IMG/VR virus record: IMGVR_UViG_3300022719_000275
Span: 1 to 35,335 of that record
Source: a virus
Lineage: Duplodnaviria; Caudoviricetes
Length of the DNA stretch: 35,335 nucleotides
Strand: one strand, 5' to 3'
Under the pieces are notes generated by a model that was given only the letters and a program-made list of their open reading frames with translations, had not been told where the DNA came from and made no database searches. Both the position numbers and the translations under genes were made by a program. Position 1 is the stretch's first letter; every line of letters begins with the position of its first letter. Shown here piece by piece: positions 16,466-24,690 of this stretch.

Positions 16466-17641
16466 CTAGAAGCTAGTCACTTTGTATGCACCATTCTCAT
16501 CTGCCTCTTTCACGTCGAATCTAATTACTAGATCAGAGTCATAGAGACCTCCAACGGTCATGTCATAGTTTTCTATTGTCAGGTCTTCTCGAAGTCCAAC
16601 CACCTGTGCTACGTCACGTATTGTAATCATGACGGTGTTCTCAGTCATCTGTGGTGTTTCCCAAACGTTTTTGAGCCCAAGGGCTGCTGCCAAGCCTGAG
16701 TTGTTTACAACGTCAGAGTTGGAATCTTCCCTGAGTATTCTCTTGTCCAGGAATGGGTATGAACCGGATGCGCCAGTGGATTTGGCTGCAATTTGATAAG
16801 CGTCAGCTGGATGGATAAACATCGTGTCAGCAGTATTTCTTTGACTTCCTGGGAACTTTGAACGAATTACGTTCATCAAGCCTTCCAATTCACTGTGAAT
16901 TGGAGTTGCAAAGTCTAGGTCCGCAAGTGTATCGGTGTTGGTTGCAGTGTCGGCGATCATCTGGTCAAGAATTCTTTTTCCTGCGAGATAGTAGTACAAG
17001 TTGCCAGCGTTTTTCAGTGGCTGTTCTACTGCCATGAAGTTATTGTCCTTGACGTCGTTTCTCTCGACTCTAATGGTACCTCGGAATGAGTTCTTTGTAT
17101 TGCTACAATCGAGCTCGATTGGCTCCATCTTGCCGCCAATCACGGGTGGCTTTCCGCCTGCTTCCTTGAAGATATTGATAGAGTCAGCGTTTTCGCCTCC
17201 GACTTGATTTGTATATCGAGTCTTAGGTACGTTGACCTTAGGTGCATCCATATCGATCAGCCTAGAATATTGTTTCCAGTCAGACCATGGTTCTGCACCC
17301 TCGATTATCTCGTCGGAAATTTTTAGGATTGACAATGTGTTTGGAACGCTTACGGTTTCTCGTACTGCGTGTCCACCTTTTGATGCATAATCTCCGATAC
17401 GAATGCCATACATCTCGTGCCAAATTCGCGGGAGATTTGGGTTCATTCGCATCTTGTCCATGGAGCCGTCAGCCTTGTCAAAGAATACCTTGAGTGGCGT
17501 TTCTCGGATTGGTTTCCAGAAGTTCCATGTTCTTCCGACTTGCTGATATGCCTCTGCTGCGTCGTTTAGTGCCTCACGTATTCCAGTGAATTCATCAGAT
17601 TCAAGAAGAATGCTGCGGTTAACTTTTTCACCAGTAGCCAT
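16466..17641 (-). CDS. Major capsid protein (HK97 fold inferred)
   Basis: 391 aa after scaffold and cement genes; ADTMFIHP, REDLTIENY...VIRFDVK C-terminal pattern. Confidence 0.85.
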   Translation of the reverse strand: MATGEKVNRSILLESDEFTGIREALNDAAEAYQQVGRTWNFWKPIRETPLKVFFDKADGSMDKMRMNPNLPRIWHEMYGIRIGDYASKGGHAVRETVSVPNTLSILKISDEIIEGAEPWSDWKQYSRLIDMDAPKVNVPKTRYTNQVGGENADSINIFKEAGGKPPVIGGKMEPIELDCSNTKNSFRGTIRVERNDVKDNNFMAVEQPLKNAGNLYYYLAGKRILDQMIADTATNTDTLADLDFATPIHSELEGLMNVIRSKFPGSQRNTADTMFIHPADAYQIAAKSTGASGSYPFLDKRILREDSNSDVVNNSGLAAALGLKNVWETPQMTENTVMITIRDVAQVVGLREDLTIENYDMTVGGLYDSDLVIRFDVKEADENGAYKVTSF

Positions 17642-18129
17642 TATAAGATTCCCTCCAGTGTAACCTCACATAGTATAGCGTCAGTGAATGCTGTACTGGC
17701 TTGCAGTGCTCTTCCGAAAACAAAGTCGCCTGCGACAGCTCTTTGTGCTATTTCATCAGTTCCTGAGCAACTGAGTGGGTCACCAATTGCAATATTGGAG
17801 TTTGCACCGCCAGTCGATCCGTCAACTCTTACTTTGCATCTTCCATGTGTTACGACCTTTACAGCTTCGCCTGCTGCGCTTGCAGCTTCTCCATCGTTTG
17901 CGGTTGTACCGTCAACCCAGATGCCATTGTTATCTCCGCCTGCGACTACTCCTACGACTGCAAGAGTACCGTCGGTTGTTGGCTCTACACGAGGTGATTT
18001 CTCACCAGTGGCAGCCGGAACTGGTATAACAGGCGCGCCAATTTCAATAGCTTCGTCTGCTATAGCGTTGATAACGATAGCGCCTGCGTCGGCACCTCCG
18101 TCAAAAAGACCTGGATAATTATCGGTCAT
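17641..18129 (-). CDS. Capsid cement / decoration protein
   Basis: G/A-rich; AIEIGAPV, VVGV, AAGEAVKVVTHG, IAIGDPL, VFGRALQA; immediately before the capsid gene. Confidence 0.75.
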   Translation of the reverse strand: MTDNYPGLFDGGADAGAIVINAIADEAIEIGAPVIPVPAATGEKSPRVEPTTDGTLAVVGVVAGGDNNGIWVDGTTANDGEAASAAGEAVKVVTHGRCKVRVDGSTGGANSNIAIGDPLSCSGTDEIAQRAVAGDFVFGRALQASTAFTDAILCEVTLEGIL

Positions 18130-18150
18130 GAATCGAGTAGCCGAATTCGC

Positions 18151-18161
18151 TTAAAGGTGTT
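18151..18161 (-). promoter_or_regulatory. Conserved late-type promoter AACACCTTTAA
   Basis: Ends ~22 nt upstream of ATG 18129. Confidence 0.7.
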
Positions 18162-18180
18162 AGCATTTCGTGCTGGAATG

Positions 18181-18192
18181 ATAAAAAAGAAA
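18181..18192 (-). terminator. Oligo-U terminator after the scaffold gene
   Basis: T-rich run just after stop 18202. Confidence 0.5.
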
Positions 18193-18201
18193 GGAAATAC
18201 G

Positions 18202-18942
18202 CTAGTATTTTCCCGAATTATACATGTTGTTGAGTTTTTCAATCTGTGAACGAGTAGCTTCAAGATCATTGACTTGGGAGCTTGTCTCCCTTACTGCCCT
18301 GTGTGACGGTGCTCCTGCCATTCCCAGTTTGCTTCCCAACTCTAAAGTTTTTGGTTGTTGTTGCTGTGTTTCCTGAACCTTTCTATCAATGGCCTTGATT
18401 GCCTCGTTTATTTTTCTGATTTCAGGATTGAGTATTCTTCTGACAGTCTCTGTGACTGTGTATGAGATTTGTTGTTGTGGTGTCATTTGTGGTGGATGCT
18501 GCCCTCCGTATGGCTGTTGGCCTTGTGGTGCCATTTGTGGTGCCATTTGTCCTGCCATTTGCTGTGGGTATTGCCCCATTTCGTTGATTGCTACACCCAT
18601 TTGGTCTTTTTTGTCTGGTTGAGCAGATGCTTCCTCAGGTGCAGTATGCTCTTCACCTTGCTTTTCAAGTCCAGTAGTGGAGCTTGATTGCTTTGATACA
18701 CCGCCATCGGCCTCCTTGACAGAATCCTCGTCGTCTTGCATTCGTTTCTTGTTTTCTTCTGCGTCTTCCATTTCTTGTATGACTTTGTCTCTGAATCTTT
18801 TTGCGTGAGTTGGTTGTTTCTCCTGTATTGAGTATGATAACCCCATGAGCTCATGCGCGGTTGCTGAAGCATTTAATGTCTCCATTATTGGCCTTGCTTC
18901 CTCGTATGACTTGCATGCGATTAGTTTGTCTTTTATGCTCAT
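18202..18942 (-). CDS. Putative scaffolding protein
   Basis: Low-complexity, Q/E-rich, coiled-coil; promoter CACACTTTTAA (18965-18975) places the start at MSIKD. Confidence 0.7.
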   Translation of the reverse strand: MSIKDKLIACKSYEEARPIMETLNASATAHELMGLSYSIQEKQPTHAKRFRDKVIQEMEDAEENKKRMQDDEDSVKEADGGVSKQSSSTTGLEKQGEEHTAPEEASAQPDKKDQMGVAINEMGQYPQQMAGQMAPQMAPQGQQPYGGQHPPQMTPQQQISYTVTETVRRILNPEIRKINEAIKAIDRKVQETQQQQPKTLELGSKLGMAGAPSHRAVRETSSQVNDLEATRSQIEKLNNMYNSGKY

Positions 18943-19012
18943 GCACAAGAATATGCTTATTTATTTAAAAGTGTGAATACTGCGGAATTAGTCAAGATTG
19001 GTTCGATTATAG

Positions 19013-19819
19013 TCAAGATTTAGGGGTAATGTTATCGGATTCGTTCTCAATCTGTCCCTCTACCACTTCACCGCCAGTTAGTTGCCATTCACGCCTGTTT
19101 TTACTTCCTTCCTTGTATTCAATTGTATACGAATCAGACCCCGGAAAATAGAACCTCAGCTCGCCCTCACCGAGCGTGATGTCAAAGAACCTGTCCCTGC
19201 CCTTAAGGTGATCCATGCGGACAGAAGTGTCAACCATCTGAGGTATCTTTTCAACAGCACACGTATTTGCAAACATGACGTCTATTGCGCCAGTGATTAG
19301 CCCAGGTGTGCCGTTAAACTTGGAGTCGTCTATGAACCTGTACCGCTTGACGACATCCCTGCGAATAAACATAGCTGCAAAGCCCGAAAACGGAAATGAC
19401 TGTATTGTTGGCCTGAATTTTGTGTCCTTGTGAATCCACGCGTACCACCTCCAGCCTATTTGATTGCGTTTTGGCACCATTCGTTGCGGATGCGGCAGGT
19501 TCTCTGTTATGTTCAGATAATTCTTGTTGTCAACGTTGTCAACGTTGCAGACTCCCGACAGTAACGGATAGTCCTTTTTTTCTAGTGTCTTGATAAGCTT
19601 GAGCAGATGCTTCTTTTCAACAATCAAGTCATCTGGACATATCACCATGTGTGTGTATTCCTCGTGATCCAGAAACCATTGGCGCATCCGGTTGTAGGCT
19701 ATCCTCTCGGGAAAATACTTTGCATACAGTCGCGGAAATCTTGTCTGCTTTAGTGCGGTGTACACCTCTGAAATGTCCCTAGGTGAGGGCGAGCATAGCA
19801 GCGGTTTTACTGTGTGCAT
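19013..19819 (-). CDS. GT-A fold (GT2-like) glycosyltransferase
   Basis: YTHMVICPDDLIV, GFAAMFIRRDV, IDVMF, RMDHL motifs. Confidence 0.8.
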   Translation of the reverse strand: MHTVKPLLCSPSPRDISEVYTALKQTRFPRLYAKYFPERIAYNRMRQWFLDHEEYTHMVICPDDLIVEKKHLLKLIKTLEKKDYPLLSGVCNVDNVDNKNYLNITENLPHPQRMVPKRNQIGWRWYAWIHKDTKFRPTIQSFPFSGFAAMFIRRDVVKRYRFIDDSKFNGTPGLITGAIDVMFANTCAVEKIPQMVDTSVRMDHLKGRDRFFDITLGEGELRFYFPGSDSYTIEYKEGSKNRREWQLTGGEVVEGQIENESDNITPKS

Positions 19820-19893
19820 TTTCTATTTTCCTGCTGCTGACTGTATGTTTCAGCACTCATACATAAAATGTGCAAATCCCATTATTATGTATT

Positions 19894-22050
19894 TCATATT
19901 AATTCCAGTTTTGTCGTCCCTACACCGGGCGTTGCTTTTGGAATATATCTTCCTTGCCAAGTTATGCCGGCCGGATTTGTTACTACCCAAGTAAACGCTA
20001 TGCCATCAATCTCACCTAGCACGAGTCCGCGTGGCACTACAAAGCACTCCCCGGTATCACATTCGGTATGCATATGCCGTGGCTGACCTGCATTGATTGA
20101 TACTGCGTTAATGTCACCTGACTCGATATACTGTATAATTTCAGGATCTCTCAGATGTACGAGCATCTGGGACTCTTTTCTGATTTGATCATATTCGGCA
20201 TCCAAGACGTCCGAATCAACTGCATATGCTGTTCCAAGATGGTTGATGTCGGTGGTCTTGCCTATTCCTGTTCGTGTTAACTGTGCCAATTCGTCGCCTT
20301 TCAGTAGCCTTCTGTATGGCTCGCCTTCTGATCGATGATCCGTTATTGCCTCAGCTGATGCCCTTACCAGCACGAATCTTCCGCCCACTTCCGGTGAAAG
20401 CCTCCTGACCCTGTCCAGATAGTCTGGCGTAATCCAATTGAACTGCTGTGCCAATTCCGCTACAGTCTCACGTATCAGTTTTGTTTCATTGAATCTTGAA
20501 ATTTTTAATTCTGTAATAGGTTTATTGAATTTAAAATCTATATTATTTTCTTTAAGCGTGTTTGATAAAGCATCTAGTACGTCTGTATTAACAACCCAGG
20601 GATATTCATCTAAATCTCCACCGTCATTTAGAAATGACTGTATGGAATATAATTCTGCTATAGTTTCAGGTGTCCTGTTGGAAGGTACGTCATAACCATA
20701 TGCCTCAAGATCCTCGATAAATGAGTTTAACGGTGGGTTATTTGATATTGCGTTATCAAGCGCTCGAATTGTTTCAGAATCAAGATCAGCTACTATTGCA
20801 TGTCCTACCTCATGTGTTAATACATCTGGCAATCTTTCCTGCTCCATTGGCTCGTCAGTTCCATAGATTGATAGTTCTCCAGTGCCAATTGCATAGTGAC
20901 CCAAGGCACCATCTGGCGAAATTTTATCCGAAATAGTGATTTTTGAGATTAGGTTTCTATGTTCTGCTGGTATACTATTCCATTTCTCGGATATAGCTGA
21001 AAGAACATCCTCATCATATATCTCTCTTGCTTCATCTGTGATTTTAATATTTTGATTTTTTTGTAAGTTAAAACCAAATTTGTTTTTTCCAACAAACTGG
21101 CCTCCAGCGGATGTTCCTTTATCGACACGTGGGTGATCTTCTTCATTCCAAGTTTCATTGAACGGTGGAAAATCAAAGATTAGGCTGTTGTCACTGAATG
21201 ACTTTTCATCACTGCCCTTTACCATAGGGTTAGCAGATAGGTGTCCCTCCTCGTTATGCATTGATGGTTCAGAGTCTTTTTTTGCTCCCGTATCTGATGC
21301 GTATAACGAATGTGATTCGGCAAGGTATGGCTCTGCTGGCTGTTCCTCATAGCTGGCTTCCGTCTTGTCATACAGCGGGAATACCTGCGTGCCAAAGGGA
21401 AGCCTGTCTCCAAACTCATGAAACTTGCAGATTGCATCTTCTGATATCACATCACGTACTAGTGCGCACTCGTTTCCTTCCACGAAAAATTTGCAGTTGC
21501 CACACTTGGCTTGCTGTTCATTTGTTTCAGGATACACGTAAGGCTTTCCTGCAGGCCACGGCTCTGTGCTTAACAATAGTTCGTCTGGTGTAATGCCGTC
21601 CGGCCTGTCGCCTTCTGGTGAATAATTGGGAAATACATGCTCGTAGTTTTCAAGTGATAGCTGTTTTGGTGGCCAATCCATGTCGTCTGCGTTGTTTGTT
21701 GCCTCTGATATTTTGCAGCTGAACTGTTTCTTTAGTATGCGGTTAAAATATGCACCCTTGGAGCTTGCCCCCTTGAAGCTGTCATAGACCCGTTCTGGCA
21801 CATCGCAGAACGTGTAGGCCTTGCCATTTAGCAAAACCCTCATGGAGTTATCAAAGCTATTGTATCTCACGTTGCCAACAAAGCTTGAGCTTCCTGTAAA
21901 TGCCTTGAACTGCGGGGATTCAGAATCATCGATTGCCGATTCATTGATGTCAAGCTCCTTTATCGAACTGTTGCATATTGCATAGGCTGAATCTGTTGAT
22001 TTTCCCTGCGATGTTATATGATCTATGCATCGCTCAAACTTTTCAGGCAT
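19894..22050 (-). CDS. Multidomain prohead-protease polyprotein (KTSC, HiPIP-like, HExxH zincin, C-terminal maturation protease)
   Basis: KTSC: SSFVGNVRY...YTFCDVPERVYDSFKGASSKGAYFN; CGNCKFF...C...C; THEVGH; protease-like DINH and AVSI. Promoter at 22074-22086 places the start at MPEKF. Confidence 0.75.
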   Translation of the reverse strand: MPEKFERCIDHITSQGKSTDSAYAICNSSIKELDINESAIDDSESPQFKAFTGSSSFVGNVRYNSFDNSMRVLLNGKAYTFCDVPERVYDSFKGASSKGAYFNRILKKQFSCKISEATNNADDMDWPPKQLSLENYEHVFPNYSPEGDRPDGITPDELLLSTEPWPAGKPYVYPETNEQQAKCGNCKFFVEGNECALVRDVISEDAICKFHEFGDRLPFGTQVFPLYDKTEASYEEQPAEPYLAESHSLYASDTGAKKDSEPSMHNEEGHLSANPMVKGSDEKSFSDNSLIFDFPPFNETWNEEDHPRVDKGTSAGGQFVGKNKFGFNLQKNQNIKITDEAREIYDEDVLSAISEKWNSIPAEHRNLISKITISDKISPDGALGHYAIGTGELSIYGTDEPMEQERLPDVLTHEVGHAIVADLDSETIRALDNAISNNPPLNSFIEDLEAYGYDVPSNRTPETIAELYSIQSFLNDGGDLDEYPWVVNTDVLDALSNTLKENNIDFKFNKPITELKISRFNETKLIRETVAELAQQFNWITPDYLDRVRRLSPEVGGRFVLVRASAEAITDHRSEGEPYRRLLKGDELAQLTRTGIGKTTDINHLGTAYAVDSDVLDAEYDQIRKESQMLVHLRDPEIIQYIESGDINAVSINAGQPRHMHTECDTGECFVVPRGLVLGEIDGIAFTWVVTNPAGITWQGRYIPKATPGVGTTKLELI

Positions 22051-22073
22051 GAAATGTTTCACCAACTAAAATA

Positions 22074-22086
22074 CTAAAAGTGTTAA
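22074..22086 (-). promoter_or_regulatory. Conserved late-type promoter TTAACACTTTTAG
   Basis: Ends ~24 nt upstream of ATG 22050. Confidence 0.7.
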
Positions 22087-22607
22087 TCATCCTCGTCAAG
22101 CTGCCTTAGCGCCTCCTGCAGTACTGATATTTTCTTGAGGCGTTTGACCTCTTCTCTCATGTTTTTAGTGATTTCTGATACAGTGCCGGATACAACTCCT
22201 TTTTTACCCTGTACTCGAATCACGTTTCGCTGTACTGCCTTGGCTACCCCGGATGCTGGAACTGCAATTCTATTTGTGACTGACGCGGTCCCTGTTGTCG
22301 GGGCAGGCAAGATGTCGGTCTTCTTTGCCGTACCCTTTGCCTTTAGTGATATCGTTTCGGACAGTAGCGATGTCCCAAATGTAGGTATCTCGACACGCAT
22401 CTCCAGTATTTGTTTTTTTGCCTGCTTTCTTCTGCGTCTTAATTCTTCCCTGAGATCTCCACCAGCGCCTATAGTGACATGAGAAACAGGTTTCTCTGAA
22501 GGTGTTACTACCTGAATTGAATCAGCAAGGATAAGCAAAGAGCCTCCCGAATCGTTGATTTCAAGCGTGTCGGCGGAATCGTTGATTTCTAGAAGAAATT
22601 CAGTCAT
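22083..22607 (-). CDS. Hypothetical virion-associated protein
   Basis: Duplicated LEINDS N-terminus, basic patch, short beta repeats. Confidence 0.6.
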   Translation of the reverse strand: MTEFLLEINDSADTLEINDSGGSLLILADSIQVVTPSEKPVSHVTIGAGGDLREELRRRRKQAKKQILEMRVEIPTFGTSLLSETISLKAKGTAKKTDILPAPTTGTASVTNRIAVPASGVAKAVQRNVIRVQGKKGVVSGTVSEITKNMREEVKRLKKISVLQEALRQLDEDD

Positions 22608-22948
22608 CAGTTAACGCGTCTCACGGAGTGCGTGAATGGAAGAGATGTGAGTGTCTGACCTGACGAAAACACGACCTTCAAATATATCTTGTAGTTTCCC
22701 GGAACGGTTAATATGGTGTCATCTGAATCGGGCTGATCCCACGTTGCAAAATAATCAGACGCTACCTGTGCGGCGGTAATATTTGATGTAAGCGTGACAG
22801 AATCAGTCACGTCCCTGAAGACCAATATTGATAAAGCTGGCGAACCTGTGACTATGTCCAGTGGAATGTTAGAGTCAGTATCGGGATCATACACTTCTGC
22901 CTTTATCTTGATTTCTATGCCGGTGTCCCCGACGAGTGAGCTGGTCAT
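22607..22948 (-). CDS. Small Ig-like (BppU N-terminal-like) protein
   Basis: VGDTG...LTVPGNYKIYLKVVFSSGQTLTS pattern. Confidence 0.6.
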   Translation of the reverse strand: MTSSLVGDTGIEIKIKAEVYDPDTDSNIPLDIVTGSPALSILVFRDVTDSVTLTSNITAAQVASDYFATWDQPDSDDTILTVPGNYKIYLKVVFSSGQTLTSLPFTHSVRRVN

Positions 22949-24501
22949 GTTGTATCGCTCACCGATATCGAATTTAAGTTGATCGTGTCCTCGTGCCAGA
23001 CTCCCCTCTCAGTCCCAGTGTTGACGATATAATCATCAGTACCGTTTACCTGCACAGAGCTCACTCCGTCATCAACTGATATCCTCCACAAGGTCTTGTT
23101 TGCGTCTGTCAGCTTGACACCTGATACGATGAATTCGCTTGTCCATTCCATGTTATCCAAAAAAATTGGTGTTCCCAGTTCCCCGTTAAATTTTGTTGTC
23201 AGCTCTGCCAGTATTGCATCGTATTTTGAATCGTCATCTGAATCTGCTGCCTTATTGAAATACAACATGGCATTCCATCCATACAGCCTCACGTGTCTTA
23301 TTAATTCGTCTGCATGCAGCGGCTGCTTGTGCCACTGCGCCCCATTAGCTGACCTGCTTCTTTCGCGGAGGTATGGCATTTCCCTGATGTGTGGTGCACA
23401 CCTCTGGTTGATTTTCAAGTCATTGACGTGAAGTCTTAATACGTTGAATGCCGTCTTGTCGTAGTTCCCGTTGTTCATGAAGCTTGGCGTATTAATTGAT
23501 CCAAGGTTCTGCATCGTTCCGTACAGTACTGGACACTGAAAATCCCCACAAACTGCCTCATCTGGCATGACGTGGCCGTTTCCGTTTGGAGTTGACAGCT
23601 CAAGTGCCTGAAGTGCAAGTGGCTTGATTGCTGCGGAATACTGTACCACCGGAACATTTGGAAACACCTGATGGAACGGCTTGATCAGATACTTTGCTAT
23701 TTCCATGTAGCCCCACCTTGCAGTTATTCCAGTGATATTTTTCACAGTTTGGGAGTTTAACGGTATAGTTGTCCCTTTCAAGTCCTGCAGCACGGTGCTG
23801 CCGAACCTGTCCTTTATCTCATTGAACCGCGGATCAGCATCGTACGCATCTAGTGCGTCGTCGATGTCGTCAGCATTGCCTAGCATCTTCCAGAAAAATA
23901 TTGATGTTGGCACGTCCTCGATATCCATCACGAAAAAATCCAAGACGTCATCGCCTACGCCTCCGGCGTCCTTCAAGTCCTGAAAGTAGCTTTTCACGTT
24001 GCGCGCCACTGGCGGCCCCCCGCTGTCACAAAATGGAGTCCTGTATAGCTTTGAGTTAAAACTTGCCTTGTCAGAGTCATCATCAAACATTGAATCCCAC
24101 GCGTTTGTCACGTCGATGCTCTGCAGCGTCATGCACCTGCGCCCCACAGGCCTGTTCAGTAATGCAGTTGCCCTGTTTGCAGCTGACTGATTCAGGAGAA
24201 GCACGTTGCCAACCATGTTGTTAGTGTAGCCTCCCGGGTTGTGCCGTGGTGTGAACCAACAAATCATCTGTGTGCTGTTGTCTGTCGTGTACGATGGAAT
24301 GTTATCATACATGCTATTTGCTGCAGGGTTGAGAATGCCGGCCGGCCCCATAGTGACATCAAGCAGTGTTGTAGATGTCTTGTTTGAGTTAATTTTGTTC
24401 GTCACATTTTTTGTTATCGTTTTCTGTATTCCCTCAAGGAACCCACCGCCCGGGTAGAATGACTCTATCTTTGCGTCAACAAGTGACTCTTTCTTGACCA
24501 T
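22945..24501 (-). CDS. Putative glycoside-hydrolase-like TIM-barrel protein
   Basis: LDFFVMDIE, FPNVPVVQY, CPVLYG, ELIRHVRLYG...LYFN; family unassigned. Confidence 0.45.
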   Translation of the reverse strand: MVKKESLVDAKIESFYPGGGFLEGIQKTITKNVTNKINSNKTSTTLLDVTMGPAGILNPAANSMYDNIPSYTTDNSTQMICWFTPRHNPGGYTNNMVGNVLLLNQSAANRATALLNRPVGRRCMTLQSIDVTNAWDSMFDDDSDKASFNSKLYRTPFCDSGGPPVARNVKSYFQDLKDAGGVGDDVLDFFVMDIEDVPTSIFFWKMLGNADDIDDALDAYDADPRFNEIKDRFGSTVLQDLKGTTIPLNSQTVKNITGITARWGYMEIAKYLIKPFHQVFPNVPVVQYSAAIKPLALQALELSTPNGNGHVMPDEAVCGDFQCPVLYGTMQNLGSINTPSFMNNGNYDKTAFNVLRLHVNDLKINQRCAPHIREMPYLRERSRSANGAQWHKQPLHADELIRHVRLYGWNAMLYFNKAADSDDDSKYDAILAELTTKFNGELGTPIFLDNMEWTSEFIVSGVKLTDANKTLWRISVDDGVSSVQVNGTDDYIVNTGTERGVWHEDTINLNSISVSDTT

Positions 24502-24641
24502 CAGTCAGCAAGATACTCCGTAAATTGTGATGATATCTTTCTTAGCATTACTGATGTTCCCGTGATTTTGTTGGCAAACACAGCGGTTCCCGTGATTTTG
24601 TTGGCAAACACAGCGGTTCCCGTGATTTTTTTCCGGAACAA
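24501..24641 (-). CDS. 46-aa protein with KITGTAVFAN repeats
   Basis: TTG start; stop overlaps the next ATG (TGATG). Confidence 0.5.
   Translation of the reverse strand: MFRKKITGTAVFANKITGTAVFANKITGTSVMLRKISSQFTEYLAD
24556..24629. repeat. 30-bp tandem repeat (~2.5 copies)
   Basis: GTTCCCGTGATTTTGTTGGCAAACACAGCG twice plus 14 bp. Confidence 0.95.
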
Positions 24642-24690
24642 CTACTATCCTATTACTCCCGGCGCAAACGACCTGTTTGTGTCTGCCATG

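Noticed and set aside
24556-24629. 30-bp repeat as a mini-CRISPR
   Set aside because: Direct tandem copies without spacers, in frame in a small ORF.
24642-24647. Genome-wide amber recoding
   Set aside because: TAG is the normal stop of many intact genes here (capsid, portal, tail fibre, scaffold) and no suppressor tRNA is seen.
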